A stretch of DNA of 64,000 nt from an uncultured Acidobacteriota bacterium (GCA_963720545.1 OY970399.1:2752001-2816000); one strand, 5' to 3'. Shown: positions 27,397-40,542, counted from the stretch's first letter. Translations and numbers: made by a program. Notes: a model not told the origin generated them from the sequence alone.

Positions 27397-29157
27397 ATGA
27401 GCATTGCGAAAGCCGCAACCGCACTTGCCGCCGCATTTCTTGCCACCGCCGCCGCAGCCGCCCAGCCGGGTCCGCCCACGCACTCGTCGCAGCTCGTCGC
27501 TTTGGTCGGAACCGACTATCTCGAGCACAACAAGGCGACGGACATCTCGCTGCAGATGAAGTTCGGGCTTCCGACCCTGCGATTGCCCGACGTGAGCCTC
27601 GCCGAAGAAGAGCGCGAAGCCGAATGGGCGAAGGCGCAGCTCGCCCGCCTCGAGGCGGCGAAGACAGCGGAGCTCAGCCACGGCGAGACGCTGTCGCTCG
27701 ACATCCTGCGCCGCCAGCTGCAGTTTCGCGTCGATGCGCCGCGGTTCTACTGGCTGAGCTTCGCCGTGACCCCTTACAACTCGCCGATCGGCACGGTCAA
27801 TCGTCTGTTCGAGACGCTGCCGCTGCCGGATGCCGCGGCGGCCGAGCGCTACGCCGCGCTCGTCAGGCAGCTGCCGGCTTTCTTCGATGCCCTGCGTGCC
27901 AAAGTCGAGGGCCAGGCGCAGCGCGGCATCCACCTGCCGCAGCCGGAAGTGGACGTGGTCGCCGGCTTCATGCGCTCGCTCGGCGGCAGCGGCGCCCAAA
28001 GCCCGTATGCCGTGAAGCCCGCGCGCCTCGCGTCGCTGCCGAGAGAGGCCGCCGCGCAGTTGACGAGTACGGTGGACGCGGCCGTCGCCAACGACATCAA
28101 CCCGCGGCTCGCCGCGTTCGCGGCGTATCTCGCGGGCGAGTACCGGAAGAAGGCCCCGGAGGCCGTCGGCGTAGGCCAGTATCCGGGCGGCCAGGAGTAC
28201 TACGCGTGGCTCGTGAAGTGGTACACGACCATGGAAGTGACGCCGCAGCAGGTGCACGACACCGGGGTGTCGCGCGTCTCTGCCATCGAGGCCGAGATGG
28301 CGAGGGTGCGCGAGCGGCTCGGCTTCAAGGGCACGGCCGCGCAGTTCCGCGCGAGCCTCAAGGCGAACCCGCGGTTCTTCCCGCGCACGCCCGACGAGAT
28401 CGGCGCGACGCTCATGGGCCACGTGCGGCGCATCGAGCCGCACCTCGACGCGTTCTTCCTCAGCAAACCGAAGGCACCCTACGGCGTGCGCCGCCTGCAG
28501 CCCGAACTCGAGGCCAGCCAGACGTTCGGCGCCTACAACCCGCCGACCGCCAGCGAGCCCGGCGGCTACTACTATTTCAACGGCTCGAATCTCAAGGAAC
28601 GCTCGCTGCTGAACGCCGCTGCGCTCACCTATCACGAGCTGGCTCCCGGGCATCACTTCCAGATCGCGAGCACCTACGAGAACCCCGACATCCCGCCGTT
28701 CCAGCGCGAGACCTATGACGTCGCCTACACCGAGGGCTGGGGCGAGTACGCGTCGATGCTCGCCGGCGAGATGGGCATGTACGAGGATCCCTACGACCTC
28801 TATGGCCGCCTCTCGATGGAAATGTTCATCGCGGTGCGCCTGGTGGTGGACACCGGCATGAACGCCTTTGGCTGGCCGCGCACCCGGGCCGTCGCCTACA
28901 TGCGCGAGCGCGAGATGGAGACGGACACCCAGATCGCGAGCGAGTCGCTGCGCTACTCGTGCGACATCCCGGGCCAGGCGCTCGGCTACAAGATGGGCGC
29001 CATCAGGATCCTCGAGTTGCGCGAAAAGGCCCGCAAGGCGCTGGGGCGCGACTTCGACATCCGCCGCTTCCACGCGGCGGTCCTCGGCAGCGGCTCGCTG
29101 CCCATGACAACGCTGGAGCGCCATATCGACTGGTTCATCGAGGAGGCAGCCAAATGA
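27397..29157 (+). CDS. Exported DUF885-family protein (putative metallopeptidase)
   Basis: Signal peptide; HELAPGHHFQ, AYTEGWGEY, RLVVDTG, PGQALGYKMG. Confidence 0.92.
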   Translation: MSIAKAATALAAAFLATAAAAAQPGPPTHSSQLVALVGTDYLEHNKATDISLQMKFGLPTLRLPDVSLAEEEREAEWAKAQLARLEAAKTAELSHGETLSLDILRRQLQFRVDAPRFYWLSFAVTPYNSPIGTVNRLFETLPLPDAAAAERYAALVRQLPAFFDALRAKVEGQAQRGIHLPQPEVDVVAGFMRSLGGSGAQSPYAVKPARLASLPREAAAQLTSTVDAAVANDINPRLAAFAAYLAGEYRKKAPEAVGVGQYPGGQEYYAWLVKWYTTMEVTPQQVHDTGVSRVSAIEAEMARVRERLGFKGTAAQFRASLKANPRFFPRTPDEIGATLMGHVRRIEPHLDAFFLSKPKAPYGVRRLQPELEASQTFGAYNPPTASEPGGYYYFNGSNLKERSLLNAAALTYHELAPGHHFQIASTYENPDIPPFQRETYDVAYTEGWGEYASMLAGEMGMYEDPYDLYGRLSMEMFIAVRLVVDTGMNAFGWPRTRAVAYMREREMETDTQIASESLRYSCDIPGQALGYKMGAIRILELREKARKALGRDFDIRRFHAAVLGSGSLPMTTLERHIDWFIEEAAK

Positions 29158-30416
29158 AGGGCGCGAGGGGACGCCGCGAGTTCGTCAAGGCGGCAGGAGT
29201 TTCGGTGCTGGCGAGCGCCGCTGCAGGCGGCGCCGTGCGTGCCGCGCAAGCGCCCGCGGCGGCCAAAAGCGGCGGCAGCTTCGACGTGGCGGTGATCGGC
29301 GCCGGCGTTTTCGGCGCCTGGACCGCCCAGTGGCTCGCCAAGGCCGGGCGCAAGGTGGTGGTGATCGACGCCTATGGCCCCGGCAGCAGCCGCGCGAGTT
29401 CCGGCGGCGAGTCGCGCGTCATCCGCATGGCGTACGGTGAGGCCGAGCTGTACACGCGTTTCTCGCACCGCTCGCTCGGCTTGTGGAAGGAGTTCGCCGC
29501 GAAGACCGGCCAGACGCTGTTCTATCCGACCGGTGTCTTGTGGATGGCGCGCGACGAGGATCCGGTCGCGAAGGCTTCGCTCGGCGTGCTGGCGAAGCAA
29601 GGCATCGCCCACGAGAAGCTGACCCGCGCGCAGCTCGAGGCGCGCTATCGCCAGATCGACTTCGGACCGATCAGCTGGGCGATCTACGAACCGGACAGCG
29701 GTGTGCTGATGGCGCGCCGCGCGGTGCAGGCTGTGATGGCCGAAAACCGCAAGCTGGGCGTGTCGTACCTGCAGGCGCGGGTGCTGCCGCCCGAAGGCAA
29801 GGGCGCGCTCGCGCAGGTGACGACCAGCGACGGCCAGCAGGTGCAGGCAGGGCAATACGTGATCGCATGCGGCCCGTGGCTTCCCAAGGTCGTCCCCGCG
29901 GTGCTCGGCAACAGGATCTTTCCGACCCGCCAGGAGGTCTACTACTTCGGCCAGCCGGCCGGTGAGACGCGCTTCACGCCGCCGCAGATGCCGGTGTGGA
30001 TCGACGACATCGCCCAGTGGTACGGCCTGCCCGACGTGGAGAGCAAGGGCTTCAAGATCGCGGCGCATGCGGTCGGCGAAGCCTTCGATCCGGACAGCGG
30101 CGAACGGCGGGTCTCCACCGAAGGCATGACCGCCGCGCGCAGCTTCGTCGGCGAGCGCTTCCCGGCGCTGAAGGACGCTCCGCTCATCGCCTCCGAAGTC
30201 TGCCAGTACGAGAACAGCTCGAACGGCGACTTCCTCATCGACCGCCATCCCGACTTCGGCAACGTCTGGCTGGTGGGCGGCGGTTCGGGCCACGGTTTCA
30301 AGCACGGCCCGGCGGTGGGCGAGTACGTGGCGGCGCGGGTGCAGGACGGCAAGCCCGTCGATCCGCATTTCTCGCTCGCGACCAAGGGCACGCAGTTCAA
30401 GCGGGAGGTGACATAG
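29154..30416 (+). CDS. FAD-dependent oxidoreductase, sarcosine oxidase/SolA family, Tat signal
   Basis: RREFVK twin-arginine signal; VIGAGVFG, SSGGESRVIR, CQYE, GGSGHGFKHGP. Confidence 0.9.
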   Translation: MKGARGRREFVKAAGVSVLASAAAGGAVRAAQAPAAAKSGGSFDVAVIGAGVFGAWTAQWLAKAGRKVVVIDAYGPGSSRASSGGESRVIRMAYGEAELYTRFSHRSLGLWKEFAAKTGQTLFYPTGVLWMARDEDPVAKASLGVLAKQGIAHEKLTRAQLEARYRQIDFGPISWAIYEPDSGVLMARRAVQAVMAENRKLGVSYLQARVLPPEGKGALAQVTTSDGQQVQAGQYVIACGPWLPKVVPAVLGNRIFPTRQEVYYFGQPAGETRFTPPQMPVWIDDIAQWYGLPDVESKGFKIAAHAVGEAFDPDSGERRVSTEGMTAARSFVGERFPALKDAPLIASEVCQYENSSNGDFLIDRHPDFGNVWLVGGGSGHGFKHGPAVGEYVAARVQDGKPVDPHFSLATKGTQFKREVT

Positions 30417-31672
30417 TGCGCGGAGCACAACTGACGATCGCCGTGTGGTGCGCGCTGGCCTTGCCGTTCACAGCCGCCGGCACCGCCGCGGCTGCCGACG
30501 ACCCGGCCCTGGCGCGCGCCAACGCGCTCCTCGACAAGGTCCCGCTGGTGGACGGCCACAACGACCTGCCGTGGCTCATCCGCGAGTACCAGGACGCTCC
30601 CAACGACGTCCTCAAGTACGACCTGCGGCGCCACGCGCCTGCCGAGACGGACATCGAGCGCCTGCGTGCCGGCAAGCTCGCCGGCCAGTTCTGGAGCGTC
30701 TGGATCCCGGCCGAACTGAAGGAGGGCTTCGCGCGCACGCAGCTGGAGCAGATCGACCTGACGCGACGCATGATCGACGCGTATCCCGAGGCGCTTTCCT
30801 TCGCGACCCGCGCCAGCGACATCGCGGCCGCGAAGCAGGCGGGCAAGGTGGCGTCCTTCCTCGGCATGGAGAACGGGCTCGCGCTCGAGAACAGCATCGC
30901 GACGCTGCGCATGTACTACGACCTCGGCGTCCGCTACATGACGCTGACGCACACCCGGAACACCGACTGGGCCGACTCGGCCACCGACAAGCCGGTGCAC
31001 AACGGCCTCACTCCGTTCGGCAGGGAAGTGGTGCGCGAGATGAACCGGCTCGGCATGCTGGTGGACATCGCGCACGTCTCGCCGAAGGCGATGCACGATG
31101 CCCTCGACGTCAGCGAGGCGCCGGTGATCTTCTCGCACTCGAGCGCGCGCGCCGTCAACGACCACGTGCGCAACGTGCCCGACGACGTGCTGGCGCGCAT
31201 GGGCAAGAACGGCGGTGTGGTGATGGTGAACTTCATCCCCATGTTCATCTCCAGGGAGAACATGGTCTGGAGTGCAGGGTTGGAGCAGACGCTGCTCACC
31301 AACCCCGACCTCAACGCGGTGCGCAAGATCGAAGCGGAGTACCGCAAGACGCACGGGCCGGAGCCGCGGGCGACGCTGGCGCAGGTGTGCGACCACATCG
31401 AACACGTGGCGAAGGTGGCTGGCCATGACCATGTCGGCATCGGCAGCGACTACTGGGGCGGCTCGATGCCAAGCGGGCTCGAGGACGTGAGCAAGTACCC
31501 GTACCTGTTCGCCGAGCTGATCCGCCGCGGCTGGTCCGACGACGACCTCGCAAAACTCGCCGGCGGCAACCTGATCCGCGCGTTCGGCGACGCCGAGAAG
31601 GTGTCGGCGCGGCTGCGGGCGGCACGGCAGCCGTCGCTCGCGACGCTCGAAGCGCTCGACGGCAAGCGCTAG
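30416..31672 (+). CDS. Membrane dipeptidase (M19)
   Basis: Signal peptide; DGHNDLP, GMENG, YMTLTH, EMNRLGMLVDIAH, SHS, GIGSDY. Confidence 0.94.
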   Translation: MRGAQLTIAVWCALALPFTAAGTAAAADDPALARANALLDKVPLVDGHNDLPWLIREYQDAPNDVLKYDLRRHAPAETDIERLRAGKLAGQFWSVWIPAELKEGFARTQLEQIDLTRRMIDAYPEALSFATRASDIAAAKQAGKVASFLGMENGLALENSIATLRMYYDLGVRYMTLTHTRNTDWADSATDKPVHNGLTPFGREVVREMNRLGMLVDIAHVSPKAMHDALDVSEAPVIFSHSSARAVNDHVRNVPDDVLARMGKNGGVVMVNFIPMFISRENMVWSAGLEQTLLTNPDLNAVRKIEAEYRKTHGPEPRATLAQVCDHIEHVAKVAGHDHVGIGSDYWGGSMPSGLEDVSKYPYLFAELIRRGWSDDDLAKLAGGNLIRAFGDAEKVSARLRAARQPSLATLEALDGKR

Positions 31673-32799
31673 CGGCGCTCCAGCAGCTTGCCGCCCTGCA
31701 CCCAGGTGTCGTCGCCCACCGTCACGGTGGCGTCGGCGAAGAAGTTCCAGCGCACGTAGCCGCCGGTGACGCTGCCGCCGAGCTCGCTGTTGTCGCCGAG
31801 CGACAGGCGCACGACCCCCGCGCCATAGCCGTAGTAGGGAATCCACGACCGGTCGTCGGGCACCGCGAGCAGCGGGTTGAAGCCGAGGACGAACTCGCGG
31901 AAGGCGCCGCCGGCGTTGCCGGCCTTCTGCATCTCGGCCTCCACCGCCTCCTGGCCGGCTTCGGCCGCGACCGCAACAACCCGGCCCTTCGCGAACGTCA
32001 GCTTGAGCCCGCGCACCGCGCGCCCGTCCCACGTGGCGTCGGGGAAGGCGATGGTGCCGCTGACCGACTCCTCCAGGGGCGCGACGCGCACGCCGCCAGC
32101 GGGAATCTCGATCTCGCGGTCGACGAGGATCGCGCCGTCCTGGGCGCGCGCGGCCGAGGCGTTGCCGTCCTGGCGGTTCACCGGCCGGTCGCCGATGCGG
32201 AAGCGCAGGTCGGTGCCGGCGGGCGTCGTCACCCGCACCTCCGTCGCGCGCATGGCGGCTTCGAACTTCGCCTGCACCGCCGCGAGCGCCGCGTAGTCGG
32301 TCTTGAGCACGGCGTGTTCGTAGAGCGCGTCGATCTTTTCCCGCGGCGGCAGCGAGCCGCCCGGCAGCGGTGTCGCGCTCGGCGCGCTGCCGCCGTCCCA
32401 GTGGAAATGGATGGTGCGGCGCGGCCCGCGCGCCTCGGTGAGCAGCTGCTGCAGCGCGGCGTACGGCGGGTGCGCAGGGGTGGCGCCCGGCAGCATGACG
32501 CTGGCATCGACGTCGAGGAGCTTTGCCTTCATCTCGGCGAGCGCCGCGTCGTCCTTTGTCGGTGGCGCCGCGGGTGCCGCGCCCACCTTCTCGCAGCCGA
32601 GATCCTCGGCACCGGCCGCCGCCAGCGCCTTGCGCAGCGGCCCGACGATGCCGTCGAAGTTGCCGGGCTGGCAGACGAGCAGCACCTTCTCGCCCCGCAG
32701 CGGCGCGAGCGCTTTCACGATGCGGTCGGCGAGCGCCCCATAATTGACGTCGAGGTCGAGCGCCATAGCTCCGGCCAGGAACAGTGCGGTCATCGCCAT
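31669..32799 (-). CDS. M29/AmpS aminopeptidase-like protein with degenerate metal ligands
   Basis: VRVTTPAGTDLRF.IG.R, P.G.V.VAP.E.SV.G.I, EF.LGFNP, LSLGDN..LGG. Confidence 0.65.
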   Translation of the reverse strand: MAMTALFLAGAMALDLDVNYGALADRIVKALAPLRGEKVLLVCQPGNFDGIVGPLRKALAAAGAEDLGCEKVGAAPAAPPTKDDAALAEMKAKLLDVDASVMLPGATPAHPPYAALQQLLTEARGPRRTIHFHWDGGSAPSATPLPGGSLPPREKIDALYEHAVLKTDYAALAAVQAKFEAAMRATEVRVTTPAGTDLRFRIGDRPVNRQDGNASAARAQDGAILVDREIEIPAGGVRVAPLEESVSGTIAFPDATWDGRAVRGLKLTFAKGRVVAVAAEAGQEAVEAEMQKAGNAGGAFREFVLGFNPLLAVPDDRSWIPYYGYGAGVVRLSLGDNSELGGSVTGGYVRWNFFADATVTVGDDTWVQGGKLLERR

Positions 32800-32803
32800 C
32801 GCG

Positions 32804-34843
32804 CTACCAGACTTCGCACGCCTTTTCGGCGCGTACCATGGGCGCGCCGGCCGGGCAGGAAAATGCCTTCTGGAACTCCTTCAGGTTCGAGAGCGGGCCG
32901 ATGACCCGGAACTTGCCGATCGGATGCGGGTCCGACTGCACCATCAGCCGCTGCGTCTCGGGGCGCACCGCGTCGCCGCGGAACTGGCCCCAGGCGATGA
33001 AGAACTGCTGGTCGGTGGTGAAGCCGTCGATCGGCGGCGGCTCCGGCCTGCCGGCAAGCGAGCGGCGCAGCGCGCGGTAGGCAATGCGTGCGCCCGCCAG
33101 GTCGCCGATGCTCTCGCCGAGCACCAGCTTGCCGTCGTGATGGATGCCGGGCTCGATGAAGTAGCCATTGAACTGGTCGACGACGCATTGGCCGCGCGCG
33201 GTGAACTTCTTCAGGTCTTCGTCGCTCCACCAGTTCTGCAAGCGCCCCTGCGCGTCGTACTGCGCGCCCTGGTCGTCGAAGCCGTGGCTGATCTCATGGC
33301 CGATGACGACGCCGATGGCGCCGTAGTTGACCGCGTCCGTGGCCTCGAGGCTGAAGGCCGGCGGCTCGAGGATGCCGGCGGGGAACACGATCTCGTTGAG
33401 CGAGGGGTTGTAGTAGGCGTTCGAGGTCGGCGGCGTCATGCCCCAGGCGCCACGGTCCACCGGCTTGCCGATGGTCGCGAGGTTGTCGGCCACCTGGAAG
33501 TTGCGGCCGGCGACCACATCGCTCCATAAGTCGGCGCGGCTGATGCGCACGCTGCTGTAGTCCTTCCACTTGTCGGGGTAGCCGACTTTTGGATTGAAGG
33601 TGGCCAGCTTCTCCAGCGCCTTGGCCTTGGTCGGCGCGCTCATCCAGTCGAGTTCGCCGATGATGTCGCCCATCGCGAGCAGCAGGTTCTTCACCAGCTC
33701 CTGCATGCGCGCCTTGGCGGCGGGCGGGAAATACTTCTCGACATACTTGCGGCCGAGCGCCTCGCCGAGCAGGTCGTCGTTGGTCTCGACGCAGCGCTTC
33801 CAGCGGGGTTTCATTTCCTTCGAGCCGCCGAGGTACTGCTGGTTGAACTCGTAGTCCGCGGTGACGAAGTTGCTGGAGAGGAACGGCGCCGCCGAGTCGA
33901 GCACGTGCCACTCGAGGTAGGCCTTCCAGGCCGGCAGCGGCGCACCCGCCAGCATCCTGTCGAACTCCTGCATGAACTTTGGTTCGTTCACGTTCAGGTC
34001 GGCGGGCGCCACCTTTGCGCTTGCCAGATAGCCGTTCCAGTCGAATCGCGGCGTCAGCTTCTGCAGCTCGGCCACCGACATCTTGTGGTCGGTCTGCGCC
34101 GGATCGCGCAGCGCGACCTTGTCGAGCGACGCCTCGGCGAGCTGCTTCTCGAACGCGAACACCCGCTCGGCGGCCGCCTGCGCGTCGGCGGCGCTGCGGC
34201 CGGCGAGGGCGAACATGCGCGCGACGTGCGCCTTGTACTTGTCGCGTGCCTCGACGAAGCGGGCATCGGTCTTCACGTAATAGTCGCGGTCGGGCAGGCC
34301 GAGGCCGGAGGCCGCTATCTGTGCGATCACGTTGGTCGGCTCGTGATTGTCGGAGCTGCCGTAGGTGGCGAACGGCGCGGCGATGGTGAGGTCGCGGAGT
34401 CTCGCGATCATCGCCTGCACGCCGGCCTGGTCCTTGACGGCTTCGATGTCGGCGAGCAGCGGTGCTATCGGCTTCGCACCGGCCGCGTTGACGGCGGTTT
34501 CGTCCATGCAGGCGCCGTAGTAGTCGCCGATCAGCTGTTCCGGGCTGCCCGCCGGCCAGTCCTTCTTCGCCGACACCTCGTCGAGGATCACCTTCAACCG
34601 GTCTTTCGCGGTCTCGCCGGCTTCCCAGCGCCGGCTCCAGCGCACCATCGAGGGCGGTATCGGATGGGCTGCCCGCCAGCCGCCGTTCGCGAACTCGAAG
34701 AAGTCGTCGCACGGCTTGACGCTGCGGTCGAGGTCGTTCAGCTCGATGCCGTGGAGCGCGGGGTCGTCTGCAGCCCGCGCCGCGGATGCCGAGAGGGCGA
34801 CGACCGACAAGACGAGCGAGGACAGGAAGGCGGATCGTTGCAT
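32804..34843 (-). CDS. M13 family metallopeptidase (neprilysin/ECE-like)
   Basis: PCDDFFEFANG, NAYYNP..NEIVFPAGIL, GHEISHGFDDQG, GESIGD, DPHP. Confidence 0.97.
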   Translation of the reverse strand: MQRSAFLSSLVLSVVALSASAARAADDPALHGIELNDLDRSVKPCDDFFEFANGGWRAAHPIPPSMVRWSRRWEAGETAKDRLKVILDEVSAKKDWPAGSPEQLIGDYYGACMDETAVNAAGAKPIAPLLADIEAVKDQAGVQAMIARLRDLTIAAPFATYGSSDNHEPTNVIAQIAASGLGLPDRDYYVKTDARFVEARDKYKAHVARMFALAGRSAADAQAAAERVFAFEKQLAEASLDKVALRDPAQTDHKMSVAELQKLTPRFDWNGYLASAKVAPADLNVNEPKFMQEFDRMLAGAPLPAWKAYLEWHVLDSAAPFLSSNFVTADYEFNQQYLGGSKEMKPRWKRCVETNDDLLGEALGRKYVEKYFPPAAKARMQELVKNLLLAMGDIIGELDWMSAPTKAKALEKLATFNPKVGYPDKWKDYSSVRISRADLWSDVVAGRNFQVADNLATIGKPVDRGAWGMTPPTSNAYYNPSLNEIVFPAGILEPPAFSLEATDAVNYGAIGVVIGHEISHGFDDQGAQYDAQGRLQNWWSDEDLKKFTARGQCVVDQFNGYFIEPGIHHDGKLVLGESIGDLAGARIAYRALRRSLAGRPEPPPIDGFTTDQQFFIAWGQFRGDAVRPETQRLMVQSDPHPIGKFRVIGPLSNLKEFQKAFSCPAGAPMVRAEKACEVW

Positions 34844-34909
34844 TCAGACGCTCCTGATAAAACCAGAGAAGGGCAGGCGAGTGTTGCGTAACTCGCCACG
34901 GCCGTCAAT

Positions 34910-36520
34910 TCACCGTGCTGGACCGGCGGAGGGCCGCTGGCTCGAACGGGCGACGATATCGCGCAGGGCGGCAACGAACGCGTCGCTCTGGTCGGCGTGC
35001 ACGTAGTGCCCCGAGTCGCTGAAGACCAGCTGGCGGCGATGGACCGACTCGCTCGCGAGAGCGCGCTGCGCTTCCCACCACAAGTCGGCCCACCCGCGGT
35101 CGTCGGCCGTCTCGCCGCGGCGGCGCGCTCCGGTGAGGACCGTGACCGGCAGCTTCTCGAGGCCCTTTGGCACGCTCACGTTCGGAAACCTGTTCATCTG
35201 GGTGATCTCCGAGCGCATCGTCGCGTTCATCTCAGCGAGCTCCTTGGCGCCCGGCTGGCAGTGCTGCAGCTTGCGGGCGAGGCATCGCCCGGTCACGAAG
35301 CTGCTGCGGGCGTCCTCGAGCACAAGCCCCGCGACCTCTTCGGGGTGATGGCGCGCAAACCATTCGACGTAGATGCCGCCGAGCGAATGGCCGACGAGCA
35401 CGTAGGGCGGCGCCACGCCCGCGCTCTTCAGCAGCGCGCGCAGGTCGCCGACCACCTGCTCCGGCGTGCGCGGCATCGGCCCCGTTGCGCTGCCGCCGTA
35501 ACCCGGCCGGTCGTAGGCAAACACCCGCGCAAACTGCGAGATGCGCTGGAACACCGGCTTCCACGTGCCCATGCCGTTGCCGAAGCCGGCCTCGAGCACC
35601 ACCGTCACCGGGCCGGAGCCATGCACCGCGTAGCGACGCACGGCGCTGCCTTCGCCGGTGAGCGCGGCGCCGGGCAGCACCTGGGCGTTCACCACGCGGT
35701 CGCCCGCTTCGCTGAACGCGGCGCTGAAGCGCTTCGGGTCCTCGAGCATCGGGTAGTGGCCGGAGCCCTTCACGAGCGACACTTCGAAACCCGGCATCGC
35801 CTTGCGGTTTTCCTCGAGGTTGGTCGGGAACTTGTCGGCGTTCACCGCGCGGATCGGCGCCTCGATGTCGCGCAGAGCCGGCAGCGGGTCGTAGGACCAC
35901 GCCGCGCGCAGCATCGCGATCGCGGCTTCGCGGTCGAGCGCGGCGGCCGCTCGCAGCACGCGCTCCTTCACGGCTGGCGGCGTCTTCGGGGCGAACAGGT
36001 AGTTCTCAGCCATCGCTGCCATGGTCTTCTGGTAGTCGGCCCGCAACTCTTTCGTGAAAGCGTCACGCTCCGCCTCCGGCGTCTTCTGGGTGACGTCCAG
36101 GAGCGTGTCCACGAGCACGATGCCGACGAGCGAGCCTTTCATCCGCCGTCCCGCCTCGAGCGCCACCGGTCCGCCCATCGAATGGCCGACGAGCAGCACC
36201 TGGTCGGCGCCGAGATCGTCCACCACCGCCTCGACGTCGGCGCCGAACGCTTCCATCGACCAGTCCTTGCGGTCCCGGCCCGACTTGCCGTGCCCGGCGA
36301 GGTCGATGGTGACGACCCGTTCGAACTGCGCGAGCTCCTTCACCTGGGCGTCCCAGAGGGAGCCGTCCATCGCGTAGCCGTGGATGAACAGCAGCGTCGG
36401 CTCGCCCGCGCCGTAAACGTCGTAATGAATGGCGACGCCGTCCTGCGACTTCACGGTGTGCGCGGTCCCCGCCGGCATCGGCGCCACCACGGCGGCCAGC
36501 AGCAGCAGTTCACTCAGCAT
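34910..36520 (-). CDS. Exported protein with two tandem alpha/beta-hydrolase domains
   Basis: Two nucleophile elbows (GHSMGG, GHSLGG), each with a downstream GHY His motif. Confidence 0.9.
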   Translation of the reverse strand: MLSELLLLAAVVAPMPAGTAHTVKSQDGVAIHYDVYGAGEPTLLFIHGYAMDGSLWDAQVKELAQFERVVTIDLAGHGKSGRDRKDWSMEAFGADVEAVVDDLGADQVLLVGHSMGGPVALEAGRRMKGSLVGIVLVDTLLDVTQKTPEAERDAFTKELRADYQKTMAAMAENYLFAPKTPPAVKERVLRAAAALDREAAIAMLRAAWSYDPLPALRDIEAPIRAVNADKFPTNLEENRKAMPGFEVSLVKGSGHYPMLEDPKRFSAAFSEAGDRVVNAQVLPGAALTGEGSAVRRYAVHGSGPVTVVLEAGFGNGMGTWKPVFQRISQFARVFAYDRPGYGGSATGPMPRTPEQVVGDLRALLKSAGVAPPYVLVGHSLGGIYVEWFARHHPEEVAGLVLEDARSSFVTGRCLARKLQHCQPGAKELAEMNATMRSEITQMNRFPNVSVPKGLEKLPVTVLTGARRRGETADDRGWADLWWEAQRALASESVHRRQLVFSDSGHYVHADQSDAFVAALRDIVARSSQRPSAGPAR

Positions 36521-36577
36521 GTTCCCTCACTCGAATCTGTTCGCGTTGTCGAACGCGGCATGGTACGTCAACCCGCC

Positions 36578-36990
36578 CGTTTTCCCGAGGAGTCCATCGC
36601 TTGCGCTGCGACCACCGAGCGTTTTTCCCGAGGGAGTCATCGCTTGCGCTGCGACCGAGGGACCTCCGTCGCCGACGGTCTAGACAACGTCGACTGCGTC
36701 CGCCCAGGAGAACGGAAAACGGAACGGCCGAAGGAACGGCATCGAGCCTCCGCCACCGGAAATCGGCGGATGGGTCGCGAACGGGAGCCCATCCGATGAC
36801 GTCACTGCGTCCGGACGCAGTTGCGTTACCGATCACCACAATCGCAGTTGACTCGTCGAGACGGTCGGCTGGCGATTCAGGTCACAGCATGTTGCAACGG
36901 GGCTCCCTCGGTCGCAGCGCAAGCGATGACTCCCTCGGGAAAACGCTCGACGGTGGATCCCTCGCGCCAGCGCAAGCGACGGGAGCGCTC
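36578..36990. repeat. REP/MITE-like element: 46-bp inverted repeats plus degenerate outer copies
   Basis: 36616-36662 CGAGCGTTTTTCCCGAGGGAGTCATCGCTTGCGCTGCGACCGAGGGA is the reverse complement of 36904-36949 with one T indel; partial copies at 36578-36613 and 36958-36990. Confidence 0.8.
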
Positions 36991-37001
36991 AGGAATTCGG
37001 C

Positions 37002-39878
<2,877 letters not shown>

Positions 39879-39999
39879 TGGCAACCGCTCATTTTACAGC
39901 CGTAGGGCTGCCGGGGCGTGTCCTCACGTTTGGAGAATCTTTGGAGTTCGCAAAGGACGCCAGACCCCGCCGCGACCGATCCTTGCGGTGGAGGTTGAT

Positions 40000-40524
40000 A
40001 TGTACCGTCTTTTCTTGAGTTTGTCGGTTCTGGCCGGCGTCCTGACAGCGGCCGGGCCAACGGCCGCGCTCGCTGCGGGCGACTACGCAACCGTCGAAAA
40101 GCCCGTCCGGCTCGAGATGAGCGCCGGGCCGAACTGGCTCTTCGGCCCTCCCGGCGCCGGCAACTATGGCGCCGGCGTTTCCTACACCCCCCACCCGGTC
40201 GTGTCCGTCGGTCTGACCCTCGACCGGCCGGGCCGTGGCACCACGGTGTTCGCGCACTTCAAGCTGGCGCCGCTCGCGAGTGTCCTGCGCGTCTCGCCCT
40301 ACGCCATCGGCGGCCTGGGCCGGCAGTGGTACGAGGAGCTGGGGCCCGACCTGCGCCCGGTGACGGTCTCGGGCCGCGCCGCCTTCCTCGGCGCCGGCAT
40401 CGATTTCGCCATCACCCGCCGGCTCATCGTCTTCGGCGAAGCGCGCCTCACCGGCCTCGCCAATTCAGGCGGCGACGGCGACCCGGTCGGCGGCGCCAAG
40501 CTTGGCGTTCGTCTTGGTTTCTAG
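40000..40524 (+). CDS. Putative small outer-membrane beta-barrel protein
   Basis: GGAGG SD, signal peptide, [18 protein letters not shown]-terminal GVRLGF. Confidence 0.7.
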   Translation: MYRLFLSLSVLAGVLTAAGPTAALAAGDYATVEKPVRLEMSAGPNWLFGPPGAGNYGAGVSYTPHPVVSVGLTLDRPGRGTTVFAHFKLAPLASVLRVSPYAIGGLGRQWYEELGPDLRPVTVSGRAAFLGAGIDFAITRRLIVFGEARLTGLANSGGDGDPVGGAKLGVRLGF

Positions 40525-40542
40525 CGAGGAAGCCGTGCGCGG

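Noticed and set aside
39879..39960. LexA/SOS box upstream of uvrA
   Set aside because: No convincing palindrome or GTTC-N7-GTTC type repeat seen
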